Both the position numbers and the translations under genes were made by a program. The notes below the pieces were generated by a model. The model saw only the letters and a program-made list of their open reading frames with translations. It was not told where the DNA came from and made no database searches. Below, piece by piece: positions 37,153-46,003 of a stretch of DNA of 64,000 nt. This DNA is from Longimicrobiales bacterium (GTDB lineage: Bacteria > Gemmatimonadota > Gemmatimonadetes > Longimicrobiales > Gaopeijiaceae). Positions within the stretch are counted from its first letter, which is position 1, and each line of letters begins with the position of its first letter. The DNA lies in the NCBI GenBank assembly GCA_965116905.1, contig OZ220732.1, positions 3,680,001-3,744,000 of the forward strand. Reading direction: 5' to 3'.

Positions 37153-38460
37153 TTGGCCCTGATCGCCCAGCGCATGAGCCACCTGGGTACGGAGAACGCC
37201 TTTAAGCTCGGCGACGACATTCAGCGATGCGTCGACCGGGGAATGGACGTGATCCGCTTCAACCTGGGTGCTCCCGATTTTCGCAGTGCCCCGCACCTCA
37301 ACCGAGTCGCCAGCGAGTCGCTGAACGCCGGCAATTCCGGCTACTGCGATCCCGCCGGCATCCTGCCCTTTCGCGAGGCCATCGCGGCCCATGTCACGCG
37401 TACTCGCGGCGTGGAGGTCACTCCCGGCCGCGTGGTCGTCACTCCCGGCGCCAAGCCCCCGATCGGCTACACGCTGCAGACCTACGTGGACGAAGGCGAC
37501 GAGGTCATCTACCCCTCGCCCGGCTTCCCGATCTACGAATCATGGGTGCGTTTCGCGCGGGCGGTGCCGGTGCCGCTGCTGCTCTCGGACGAGCGCGACT
37601 TCGCCTTCACCGCGGACGATCTCGCGGCGCTGATCACCGAGCGCACGAAGGTGATCATCCTGTGCTCGCCCTCGAATCCGACGGGGGGCGTGCTGTCGCG
37701 CGACGACCTGGCGGGAATCGCCGCGCTGGTGCGGGATCGCTGCCGGCCCGACGTGCGCATCTACGCCGACGAGATCTACGAGCACATCCTCTTCGACGGA
37801 CTCGAACACGAGAGCATCATGTCCCACGACGGCATGCCCGCGCGAACCGTGCTGGCGAGCGGCCACTCCAAGGGGTTCGCGATGACCGGTTGGCGCCTGG
37901 GATGGGCGGTTCTGCCCACCGAGGAGGAGGCCGGAATCTTCAAGCAGCTCAATATCAACATCATGTCGTGCGTGCCCCCGTTCCTCCAGGAGGCGGGCGC
38001 GGCCGCGTACGAGGATCCGGCGTCGGCGGTGCAGGTCGAGCACATGGTGCGGGAGTTCGAACGGCGGCGCGACTGGGTCGTGCCGGCGTTGAACGGCGTC
38101 CCGGGCGTGAGGTGCCGGCTGCCGAAGGGCGCGTTCTACGTCTTCCCCGACGTGTCGGGCATGTGTGATCGGCTGGGGGTGTACAAAGCACGGGCGCGAC
38201 TGCCGGCCACGGCGCGTGAGCGCGCAACGCCGGCGGCCATCCTCCAGATGTTCCTGCTCTACCGCTACGGGGTGGCCTCGATGGACCGGGCCTCGTTCGG
38301 ACGGATCGGTTCGGAGGGGCAGGACTTCCTGCGGCTGTCCATCGCGAACAGCATGGAGGACATTCGTCGGGGCGTGAAGAGGATCGGAGAAGCCGCGGGG
38401 GACATCGCCGGGTTCGCCGAATTCGCGGAAAGCGGGGACTTCAGAGAGCTCTTCGGATGA
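37153..38460 (+). CDS. PLP-dependent aminotransferase class I/II (AspAT-like), coupled to dapB
   Basis: AGGAG RBS with TTG start; TPGAK, SPSNPTG, DEIY and SKGFAMTGWRLG motifs. Confidence 0.88.
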   Translation: MALIAQRMSHLGTENAFKLGDDIQRCVDRGMDVIRFNLGAPDFRSAPHLNRVASESLNAGNSGYCDPAGILPFREAIAAHVTRTRGVEVTPGRVVVTPGAKPPIGYTLQTYVDEGDEVIYPSPGFPIYESWVRFARAVPVPLLLSDERDFAFTADDLAALITERTKVIILCSPSNPTGGVLSRDDLAGIAALVRDRCRPDVRIYADEIYEHILFDGLEHESIMSHDGMPARTVLASGHSKGFAMTGWRLGWAVLPTEEEAGIFKQLNINIMSCVPPFLQEAGAAAYEDPASAVQVEHMVREFERRRDWVVPALNGVPGVRCRLPKGAFYVFPDVSGMCDRLGVYKARARLPATARERATPAAILQMFLLYRYGVASMDRASFGRIGSEGQDFLRLSIANSMEDIRRGVKRIGEAAGDIAGFAEFAESGDFRELFG

Positions 38461-39260
38461 GTCTCCGGGTATGCGTGGCGGGTGTCACCGGGTGGACGGG
38501 GGCCGCGGTGGCCGCCGGGGTGCGGGATTCGCCCGAGTTCGAACTGGTGGCGGCGGTCGCGCGCCGGGCGGCGGGGACCGACGTCGGCGACGCGCTCGGC
38601 TGGGGGACGCAAACCGGGGTGGAGGTCACGGCCGATTCCACGCGCGCGCTGTCCCGCGCACCCGACGTCTGGATCGACTACACGCACCCGCTGGCGGTCA
38701 AGGACCACGCGCTGACCGCACTGAAGGCGGGCACCCGGGTCGTGATCGGCACCTCGGGGCTGGGAGCGTCGGACTACGGCGACATCGAGGCCGCCGCGGT
38801 GACGCACGGTGCGGGGGTGATCGCGGCGGGCAATTTTTCGCTGACGGCCGCGTGCCTCAAGCACCTGGCCGGGATCGCGGCGCAGCACCTGCCCCACCGC
38901 GAGATCGTCGACTACGCCCACGCCGGGAAGCCGGACGCCCCGACCGGCACGGCACGAGAGCTGGCGGAATACCTGGACACCGTCGCCCCCAACCGCATCC
39001 ACGTTCCCGTGGACGAGATCGTCGGCGTGCCCGGAACCCGCGGCGCCGGCATCGGGGGCACGCAGGTGCATTCGGTGCGGCTCCCGGGCTACGTCATCGC
39101 GGTCGAGGCGCTGTTCGGGCTCCCCGGCGAACACCTCACCATTCGCCACGACGCGGGCGAGAGCGCCGAGCCCTACGTGGCGGGGACCCTGCTGGCGGCG
39201 CGCCGGGTGGGCGAAGTCCACGGACTGGTGCGCGGGCTCGACCGGTTGCTGTTCGGATAG
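38457..39260 (+). CDS. dapB: 4-hydroxy-tetrahydrodipicolinate reductase
   Basis: GVTGWTG, VIGTSG, AGNFS, HAGKPDAPTGTA, HSVRLPG and LTIRHD motifs. Confidence 0.85.
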   Translation: MSLRVCVAGVTGWTGAAVAAGVRDSPEFELVAAVARRAAGTDVGDALGWGTQTGVEVTADSTRALSRAPDVWIDYTHPLAVKDHALTALKAGTRVVIGTSGLGASDYGDIEAAAVTHGAGVIAAGNFSLTAACLKHLAGIAAQHLPHREIVDYAHAGKPDAPTGTARELAEYLDTVAPNRIHVPVDEIVGVPGTRGAGIGGTQVHSVRLPGYVIAVEALFGLPGEHLTIRHDAGESAEPYVAGTLLAARRVGEVHGLVRGLDRLLFG

Positions 39261-39309
39261 GAGCGGGCCCCGGGCCGACGAAGGTGGAGGAGCCATTCCG
39301 GAGACGCGG

Positions 39310-40095
39310 CTACTCCTCCGTGATGGCGATCTCGAACATCGACGCCCACAGCTTCCCCGTGACGTAGAACGTGCCGGTGGCGTCGTCGTAGGCGATGCCG
39401 TTGAAGACCGCGCCCGCATCCGTCGGCCGGCCGCTCGCCAGAGAGAGTCCGAAGGCGTCGAGCTGGCCCGTGACCTGACCGGTCGCCTTGTCGATCCGGA
39501 CGATCTCGTCCCTCATGTAGATGTTTGCATAGATGTGGTCGCCGACGCACTCGAGTTCGTTGAGGTTGCGCACCGAGAAGCCGGAACGCGTGACGTCGAT
39601 CTGGCCCAGCAGTTCGAAGGTGGCCGGACTCCGCCGCTGCAGCGTATGCGAGCCATCGGACATGAACAGCGATTCGCCGTCGTGACAGAGTCCCCAACCC
39701 TCGCCCTCGTAAGCGAAACTGCCTTCCGGGACCAGCGTCGCGGCATCGTAGACGAACGCCAGGCCCGCTTTCCAGGTGAGCTGGATGAGCTTGTCGCCCA
39801 CCACGGCGATCCCCTCGCCGAAATGCTCGTCCGAGAGCGCGTGGCTTCGCAACACCTCGCCGGTCGCGATGTCGACCTGGCGGACATCGGACTCCCCGTA
39901 TTGGCCCGTGCTTTCGAAGAACACGCCGTCGTGGATGAGGAGCCCCTGCGTGTACCCGTCCGGATCGTGCGGAAGCGTGCGCCGCAGTTCGTAGTCGAGC
40001 ACTGCGACGGCGTCCCCGCAGCCGCCGAGAATGAGCGGCAGCACCACGACTGCCGCAACGACTGCCGCACCGAACGGTCTGACTCGCTGTATCAT
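39310..40095 (-). CDS. Glutaminyl-peptide cyclotransferase (plant/bacterial type I QC; start uncertain, could be 40218)
   Basis: YTQGL, ESTGQYG, FGEG, QLTW, EGWG, LNELE, NGIAY and TGKLW motifs. Confidence 0.92.
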   Translation of the reverse strand: MIQRVRPFGAAVVAAVVVLPLILGGCGDAVAVLDYELRRTLPHDPDGYTQGLLIHDGVFFESTGQYGESDVRQVDIATGEVLRSHALSDEHFGEGIAVVGDKLIQLTWKAGLAFVYDAATLVPEGSFAYEGEGWGLCHDGESLFMSDGSHTLQRRSPATFELLGQIDVTRSGFSVRNLNELECVGDHIYANIYMRDEIVRIDKATGQVTGQLDAFGLSLASGRPTDAGAVFNGIAYDDATGTFYVTGKLWASMFEIAITEE

Positions 40096-40165
40096 CACTT
40101 GCCTCGCATGGCCTGGCGCGACGAAGCCGAAGCCGGTGCGCGCTCTATTCTCATCGTGGGGTCCT

Positions 40166-40210
40166 CTGGCTAACCTATCGCTGGCCAGCCTGTCACTGGC
40201 TAACCTATCA
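40166..40210. repeat. 15-nt tandem repeat x3 (CTGGCTAACCTATCR, middle copy degenerate)
   Basis: ctggctaacctatcg ctggccagcctgtca ctggctaacctatca in the divergent region. Confidence 0.8.
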
Positions 40211-40255
40211 CTTCTCATTTCGATCCACTTCTCATCTCGATCCAAGGAGGCGGAA

Positions 40256-41404
40256 GTGCCCGGGCTGCATCCCCACATCGATCCGGACGGACTGCTGGAG
40301 TACTCGGTCGTCTTCACCGACCGGTCACTGAATCACATGTCGGAGCGGTTCCGCGACATCATGAAGTATCTCTCCCGGACGCTGAAGGCGGCCTACGGGG
40401 CGGAAGCCGTCGCCGTGGTGCCCGGGGGTGGGACCTACGCAATGGAGGCGGTAGCCCGGCAGTTCGGCACCGGCAAGCGCTGCCTGGTCATCCGCAACGG
40501 CTGGTTCTCCTACCGCTGGACCCAGATCTTCGAGGCCGGAGGGATCCCGTCCGCCGAGACGGTGCTTTCCGCGCGCCCGGCAGCCGACGGTCCGCAGGCT
40601 CCGTTTGCGCCGCCGCCGATCGCCGAGGTCGCGGCAACCATCGCGGCGGAGCGCCCGGACGTCGTCTTCGCGCCCCATGTGGAGACCTCGGCGGGGATCC
40701 TGCTGCCCGAAGACTACCTGCGGGCCGTCGCCGACGCCACGCACGCGGCCGGAGGCGTTTTCGTGCTCGACAGCATCGCGTCGGGTGCTCTGTGGGTCGA
40801 CATGAAGGCGTGCGGCGTCGATGTGCTGCTCAGCGCCCCGCAGAAGGGGTGGAGCGGATCGCCGTGCGCGGGGCTGGTCATGCTGGGGCCCGAGGCGCTG
40901 GCCAGGATGGACCCGGCGGACAACACCAGCTTCTCGTGCGACCTGCTGCGCTGGCTCCAGGTGATGCAGAGCTACGAAGAGGGCGGACACACCTACCACG
41001 CCACCATGCCCACGGACGCACTCCGCATGCTGCATGACGCGATGCTGGAGCTGCAGTCATTCGGCTTCGAGAAGGCCAGGACTCGCCAGCGGCAACTCGG
41101 CGAGCGGGTTCGGGCGCTCCTTGCCGCGCGAGGGTTCAGGAGCGTGGCCGCCGAGGGGTTCGAGGCGCCCGGGGTGGTCGTGTGCTACACCGACGATCCC
41201 GAAATCAGGCAGGGGACCGGTTTCGCGCGGGTCGGCGTGCAGATCGCGGCGGGAGTGCCCCTGCAGTGCGGCGAGCCCGAGGGATTCAGCACATTCCGCG
41301 TGGGGCTTTTCGGGCTGGACAAGCTGGGCGATGTGGATCGTACGGCAGACACCCTTGCGGAGGCGGTGGACCGAGTACTCGAGAATGCGGTGGCGGCGAT
41401 CTGA
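40256..41404 (+). CDS. Class V aminotransferase (alanine-glyoxylate/serine-pyruvate type)
   Basis: AAGGAGG RBS with GTG start; LLEYSVVFTDRSLNHMS, PHVETSAG and SAPQKGW motifs. Confidence 0.88.
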   Translation: MPGLHPHIDPDGLLEYSVVFTDRSLNHMSERFRDIMKYLSRTLKAAYGAEAVAVVPGGGTYAMEAVARQFGTGKRCLVIRNGWFSYRWTQIFEAGGIPSAETVLSARPAADGPQAPFAPPPIAEVAATIAAERPDVVFAPHVETSAGILLPEDYLRAVADATHAAGGVFVLDSIASGALWVDMKACGVDVLLSAPQKGWSGSPCAGLVMLGPEALARMDPADNTSFSCDLLRWLQVMQSYEEGGHTYHATMPTDALRMLHDAMLELQSFGFEKARTRQRQLGERVRALLAARGFRSVAAEGFEAPGVVVCYTDDPEIRQGTGFARVGVQIAAGVPLQCGEPEGFSTFRVGLFGLDKLGDVDRTADTLAEAVDRVLENAVAAI

Positions 41405-41835
41405 TGGGCCGCCGCATCGTTTCAGCGTTCGAAGTGACGGGCTGGGAAGAGACGCCGTACGGGGAGGAGAACGACGGTCCGAGCCTCGGCGAGGCGCTGG
41501 TGCTCAAGCGTTACCACGGGGACCTCGACGGCGAGGGGCGCGCGCGACTGCTGATGTGTCGGGCCGATCCCGCCAGCAACAGCGAAAACGCGGGGTACGT
41601 GGCCTCGGAAAGGGTCGAGGGACGCCTGGACGGCCGGGAGGGCACGTTCGTGCTGCAGCACTGGGGAGTCGTAGCGGCCGGCAAGCCTCCCACAACCGCG
41701 GGACACGTCGTCCCCGGGTCCGGCACCGGCGAACTTGCCGGGCTCACCGGTTCGATGGAGATCGCCGTCGCGCCGGATGGCACCCACACGATGGCCCTGG
41801 ACTACGAGCTACGGCCGGCGCACGTCAGCGACTGA
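41404..41835 (+). CDS. DUF3224-family protein
   Basis: FEVTGWEE, GDLDG, GTFVLQH and VVPGSGTGELAGLTG motifs; TGATG overlap. Confidence 0.85.
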   Translation: MGRRIVSAFEVTGWEETPYGEENDGPSLGEALVLKRYHGDLDGEGRARLLMCRADPASNSENAGYVASERVEGRLDGREGTFVLQHWGVVAAGKPPTTAGHVVPGSGTGELAGLTGSMEIAVAPDGTHTMALDYELRPAHVSD

Positions 41836-41836
41836 G

Positions 41837-42997
41837 CTAGCCGCCCGGGCCGGCGGTGAACTTCTGCACGCGGCGACCGGTCGACGCTTCGCCCACGTAC
41901 AGGTTGCCGCGCGAGTCGACATCCATGCCGTGGGGGCGCAGGAACTGGCCCGCCTGCCGTCCGCCGCGCCCGAATTCGCCCACCACCTCGAGGTCCTCCC
42001 GGCGCAGGGTCCAGATCTTGTGGTTGGTCCCATCGGCGAGGTACAGCCAGCGCTGCCCGGGGTCGGGGGAAAACGCCAGGACGAAGGCCGAGCCCGAGGC
42101 CAGGGTGCGCGGCGCGATCGTCTTCTCGGTCACGTACTCTCCGCTCTGCCGGAAGACCTGGATCCGGTTGCCCCGCCGGTCCGCCACATAGATGAGTCCA
42201 TCGGCGGACCCGATGATCCCGTGCACGGTCGAATACTGCAGCGGGGGCGGACCATCCGGGTCGCGGCCGGCATAGTCGTACCGGTACTCGTCGTCGGGGG
42301 GATCGCCGTACGCGCCCCAGTGCCGCCGGTATTCGCCTGTCTCGCCGTCGAAGACGACAACGCGGCGGTTGGCGTAGCCGTCCGCGATGAACACCTCGTT
42401 CGTCCGGGGATCCACCCAGATGCCCGCCGGCCCTCCCAGCAGCCGGGTGTCGTCGCTGCCGCCGGTGACGTCGTACTCGCCGAGCGTCATGACCCATTCG
42501 CCCTCGCGCGTGAACTTCATGACCCGGTGGTGGCGGTAGGTGCCGATCCAGACGAAGTCGTTGTGGTCCACGAATAGTCCGTGGGGATTGCGGGGGTACT
42601 CGGCGATGTCCTGCGACGGATCGCCCCATCCCTGCACCACGCGCCCGTCGGGGTCGAACTCGATCACGGCCGGCGCGGGCACGCAGCAGGTCCCGATGGG
42701 CGGGTCCTGAACGGCCGAGGTCTCCTCGGGCGTCAGGGTCTCCGGCAGGTGCGCCACCCAGACATGGTCGCGAGCGTCGACGAACACCGCGGTTACGGCC
42801 CCCATGATCCACTTGTCCGGCATTTCAAGCGGCCACGACGCGTCCACCCGAAATGCGGGCGGCGCGTCACCCTGATCCACGTTCGCTTCCGGGGGGCCGG
42901 CCTCCCGCTGCATGTCGCAGGCCGCGACAAGAGCAATCGCGAGGAATCCCGCCGGGTTGCAGAGTCTGCGAATGGCCACGCTTCGGGTTATCGTCAT
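41837..42997 (-). CDS. NHL-repeat beta-propeller lipoprotein (PAL-like)
   Basis: PHGLFVD, IADGYANRRV, YVADRRGNRIQVF and PHGMDVDSRGNLYVGE repeats. Confidence 0.85.
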   Translation of the reverse strand: MTITRSVAIRRLCNPAGFLAIALVAACDMQREAGPPEANVDQGDAPPAFRVDASWPLEMPDKWIMGAVTAVFVDARDHVWVAHLPETLTPEETSAVQDPPIGTCCVPAPAVIEFDPDGRVVQGWGDPSQDIAEYPRNPHGLFVDHNDFVWIGTYRHHRVMKFTREGEWVMTLGEYDVTGGSDDTRLLGGPAGIWVDPRTNEVFIADGYANRRVVVFDGETGEYRRHWGAYGDPPDDEYRYDYAGRDPDGPPPLQYSTVHGIIGSADGLIYVADRRGNRIQVFRQSGEYVTEKTIAPRTLASGSAFVLAFSPDPGQRWLYLADGTNHKIWTLRREDLEVVGEFGRGGRQAGQFLRPHGMDVDSRGNLYVGEASTGRRVQKFTAGPGG

Positions 42998-43161
42998 TGG
43001 TGATCTCGCTGTCGTGGGAAAAGCAGCCTCGTCGTACTTGCGTCGGTGCCGGATGCCCCGGAAAGTTTCGTGTGGGAGGGCGATCACGCCAGCCCCGCGG
43101 TGGAGGCTCCGCGCCATACGGCACGTGCGGCGGGATCGAAAACAATCGGTCGAGAGGGCAC

Positions 43162-44763
43162 ATGAACGGGACACTGACTTCACCCGCCCGTGCTGGCGGC
43201 GGGATCGGGATGTCCGGGCTCGGCGCGCGACGGTTGCTATTGGCCGCGGGTGCGCTCTTCCTGCCGTCGGCGTGCTCATTTGCGCCGCCACCGGCGGTTC
43301 CGGAGCCGGTCGCCGAGCTGCCGGGCAACTTCATGGGCAGCTCGCTGCCCGGCGACTACGAGTCACGGGAGTGGTGGGAGATCTTCCGGGATCCCGTGCT
43401 GAGCACCGTTGTGGATTCGGTCCTCTCGGCGAACTTCGACCTGGCCGAGGCGGTGGCCAGGGTACAGCAGGCCCGCGCACAGGCGGGCATCGCCAGGGCC
43501 GGACTGTTTCCCGCACTGCAGGTCAGCGCCAACGCCACCGATCAGGACACGCCCGCCAATGCCGGGTTCGGCGAGCAGTTTCGCAAGCTTGCGGGTGGCG
43601 AGGACGGAGCGCTGCCCGGAGGATTCCAGTTCCCGGACCGGCTGGCCTTCACAACCTATTCGCTCGGCGTCGACTTCGCCTACGAAGTCGACTTCTGGGG
43701 ACGGGCCCGCAACGACGCGCGCGCGGCCGGAGCCCAGTACATGGCCTCGGAGTCGGACTATCACGCCGCGCGCATCGGCGTGCTCGCGACCACGATCTCG
43801 ACGTACTTCGAGATCGTGGACCTGCGGCGCCGCACCGAACTCGCCCGCCGGACGATCGACGTGCTGATGGAGCGCGAAGCACTGGCGGAAACGCGATACG
43901 ACCGCGGGCTGGTCACCTCGTTCGAGCTCTACCAGGTCAGACAGGACCTCCGCAACACGCAGGCCGCCCTTCCGCAGCTGGAGACCCTGCTGACCGATGC
44001 CGAGGGGCGGCTGGCGGTCCTTCTGGGCGGGTTCCGCGGGAAGCTCGACGCGATCCTGCCGGACTCGCTGGCCCCCGTGCCCCTCGGAGACCCGGTGGCC
44101 GCGGGCGTCCCGGCGAACCTGCTCTACCAGCGGCCCGATGTGCTGGCCGCGGGACTGCGGCTCGACGCGGCACGCTTTGCCATAGGCGCGCGAAGGGCGG
44201 AGCTGCTGCCGTCGCTTTCCCTTTCCGGCACGATCGGGGTCCAATCGGCTCAGGCCGACGGACTCTTCAACGTGGACCAGTGGTTCCGCAACCTGCTGGG
44301 CAACCTGACGGCGCCGATCTTCCAGGGCGGGCGCATCCGGCAGAACATCGCGCTGGCGCACGCACAATTCGGTCAGGCCGCGGCGGCGTACGGCCGCACG
44401 GTGGTCACGGCAGTCTACGAGGTCGAGGCCGCCCTGGCCGCGCTCGGCAACGAAGACCGCCGTCACGCGTTCCTGGTGTCCCAGCGGGAAGAGGCTCAGG
44501 GCTCCGTCGATCTGCAGTCGGAGCGGTACGCATCGGGGGTCGGGGGCTACACCGACTACCTGGACGCGCTACGCACGCTCCTCAACGTCGAGTCGACACT
44601 GTCGGGTGCGAGCCGCGACCTGGCCCTGGCCCGTCTGGCGGTGCACCGCGCCTTGGGAGGTGAATGGACCGCGCCGCCCGAGTCCCTCGAAGGGATGGAA
44701 ATGGTCCCCGTCACGGGGTCCGCCACCGATGGTCATGCACCCAACTCGGAAGGGAGCAAATAG
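43162..44763 (+). CDS. RND efflux outer membrane factor lipoprotein (NodT/OprM family)
   Basis: PSAC lipobox; WWEIFRDPVL, YEVDFWGR, RPDV and HRALGGEW motifs. Confidence 0.92.
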   Translation: MNGTLTSPARAGGGIGMSGLGARRLLLAAGALFLPSACSFAPPPAVPEPVAELPGNFMGSSLPGDYESREWWEIFRDPVLSTVVDSVLSANFDLAEAVARVQQARAQAGIARAGLFPALQVSANATDQDTPANAGFGEQFRKLAGGEDGALPGGFQFPDRLAFTTYSLGVDFAYEVDFWGRARNDARAAGAQYMASESDYHAARIGVLATTISTYFEIVDLRRRTELARRTIDVLMEREALAETRYDRGLVTSFELYQVRQDLRNTQAALPQLETLLTDAEGRLAVLLGGFRGKLDAILPDSLAPVPLGDPVAAGVPANLLYQRPDVLAAGLRLDAARFAIGARRAELLPSLSLSGTIGVQSAQADGLFNVDQWFRNLLGNLTAPIFQGGRIRQNIALAHAQFGQAAAAYGRTVVTAVYEVEAALAALGNEDRRHAFLVSQREEAQGSVDLQSERYASGVGGYTDYLDALRTLLNVESTLSGASRDLALARLAVHRALGGEWTAPPESLEGMEMVPVTGSATDGHAPNSEGSK

Positions 44764-45939
44764 ATGGGTCGTTTCAAGAACACCTTGATTGCATCGGGTA
44801 TCCTGCTTGGCGCGATCGTCATCGCGGTGGTCATGTTTCAGCTCAGGCCCGAACCCCCCATGCGGGAGCCGCCTTCGCTGATCCCCTTCGTCACGACCGC
44901 GCCCACGGTCGCGGGCGAGGGAGCGATCCCCGTCTTCGGCGCGGGCACGGTCCGGCCCCACGCCGAAATCGACGTGGCGGCCCAGATCAACGGCAAGGTC
45001 TCGTGGGTGTCGCCGGCGTTTCAGGGCGGCGGACGCGTGGGGAGCGGCGACGTCCTCTTCCGAATCGACGACGCCGACTACGTGAACCGCGTGCAGCAGG
45101 CGCGAGCCAACGTTGCGGCGGGACAGGTCGCGCTCCTTCAGGCCGAGGAGGACGCACGCATCGCGCGCGAGGAGTATGCACTCTTCCTGAAACGCCAGCC
45201 CGACGCGGCCAGCTCGGGCGAGGCCAGCCCGCTCACGTTGCGCGAGCCGCAGCTCGCCGCCGCCCGCGCCGCGCTCGCGCGGGACAGCGCCGCATTGGCG
45301 GACGCCGAACTCGCCCTGTCGCGCACCGAGGTACTGGCGCCGTTCAGCGGGGCCGTGCGGACCGAGTCGGTCGACGTCGGGCAGTTCGTCGCCGCGGGTC
45401 AGGGCGTCGGCCGACTGTACGCCGACGACGCCGTCGAGGTCGTGGTGCCGCTGTCCGACTCGGACGCCGCCCTCGTCCCGGACCTGTGGCAGCTGGCCGC
45501 CGGTGATGGAGACCGCAGGGTCCGCGCCGTCGTGACCGCGGGTTACGGCCAGGCGAATCACGATTGGGTGGGGTATGTGGACCGCGCCGAGGCCGCGCTG
45601 GACGAGCAGACGCGCACCATCGACGTGATCGTGCGCGTGCCGAGCCCGTTCTCCGGCTCGGGGCCTCCGCTCCTGGTTGGCCAGTTCGTCGAGGTGGAGA
45701 TCGACGGAGTCGCGCCCGACCGGTACTTCGTGGTGCCGCGTGCCGCGCTGCGAACCGGCAACGAGATCTGGGCGACGCGCCAGGATACGCTGGTCACGAT
45801 CGTGCCCGTGCAGGTGCTGCAACGGTCCGAGGACCAGGTCTACGTCACCGGAGCCCTGGAGCCGGAGCAGCCGGTCATCGTCAGGGGGATCCAGATCGCA
45901 ACCGAGGGCATGCTCGTTCAGACGGGGAATACGCGGTGA
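44764..45939 (+). CDS. RND efflux periplasmic adaptor (MFP)
   Basis: N-terminal TM helix, lipoyl/coiled hairpin, APFSG and GQFVEVEI motifs. Confidence 0.92.
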   Translation: MGRFKNTLIASGILLGAIVIAVVMFQLRPEPPMREPPSLIPFVTTAPTVAGEGAIPVFGAGTVRPHAEIDVAAQINGKVSWVSPAFQGGGRVGSGDVLFRIDDADYVNRVQQARANVAAGQVALLQAEEDARIAREEYALFLKRQPDAASSGEASPLTLREPQLAAARAALARDSAALADAELALSRTEVLAPFSGAVRTESVDVGQFVAAGQGVGRLYADDAVEVVVPLSDSDAALVPDLWQLAAGDGDRRVRAVVTAGYGQANHDWVGYVDRAEAALDEQTRTIDVIVRVPSPFSGSGPPLLVGQFVEVEIDGVAPDRYFVVPRAALRTGNEIWATRQDTLVTIVPVQVLQRSEDQVYVTGALEPEQPVIVRGIQIATEGMLVQTGNTR

Positions 45940-46003
45940 TCTCGGCCGCCGACTGGGCGGCCGTTGACGTCAAGGCGGTTTGGTCACGGATCGGCAGGCG
46001 GCG

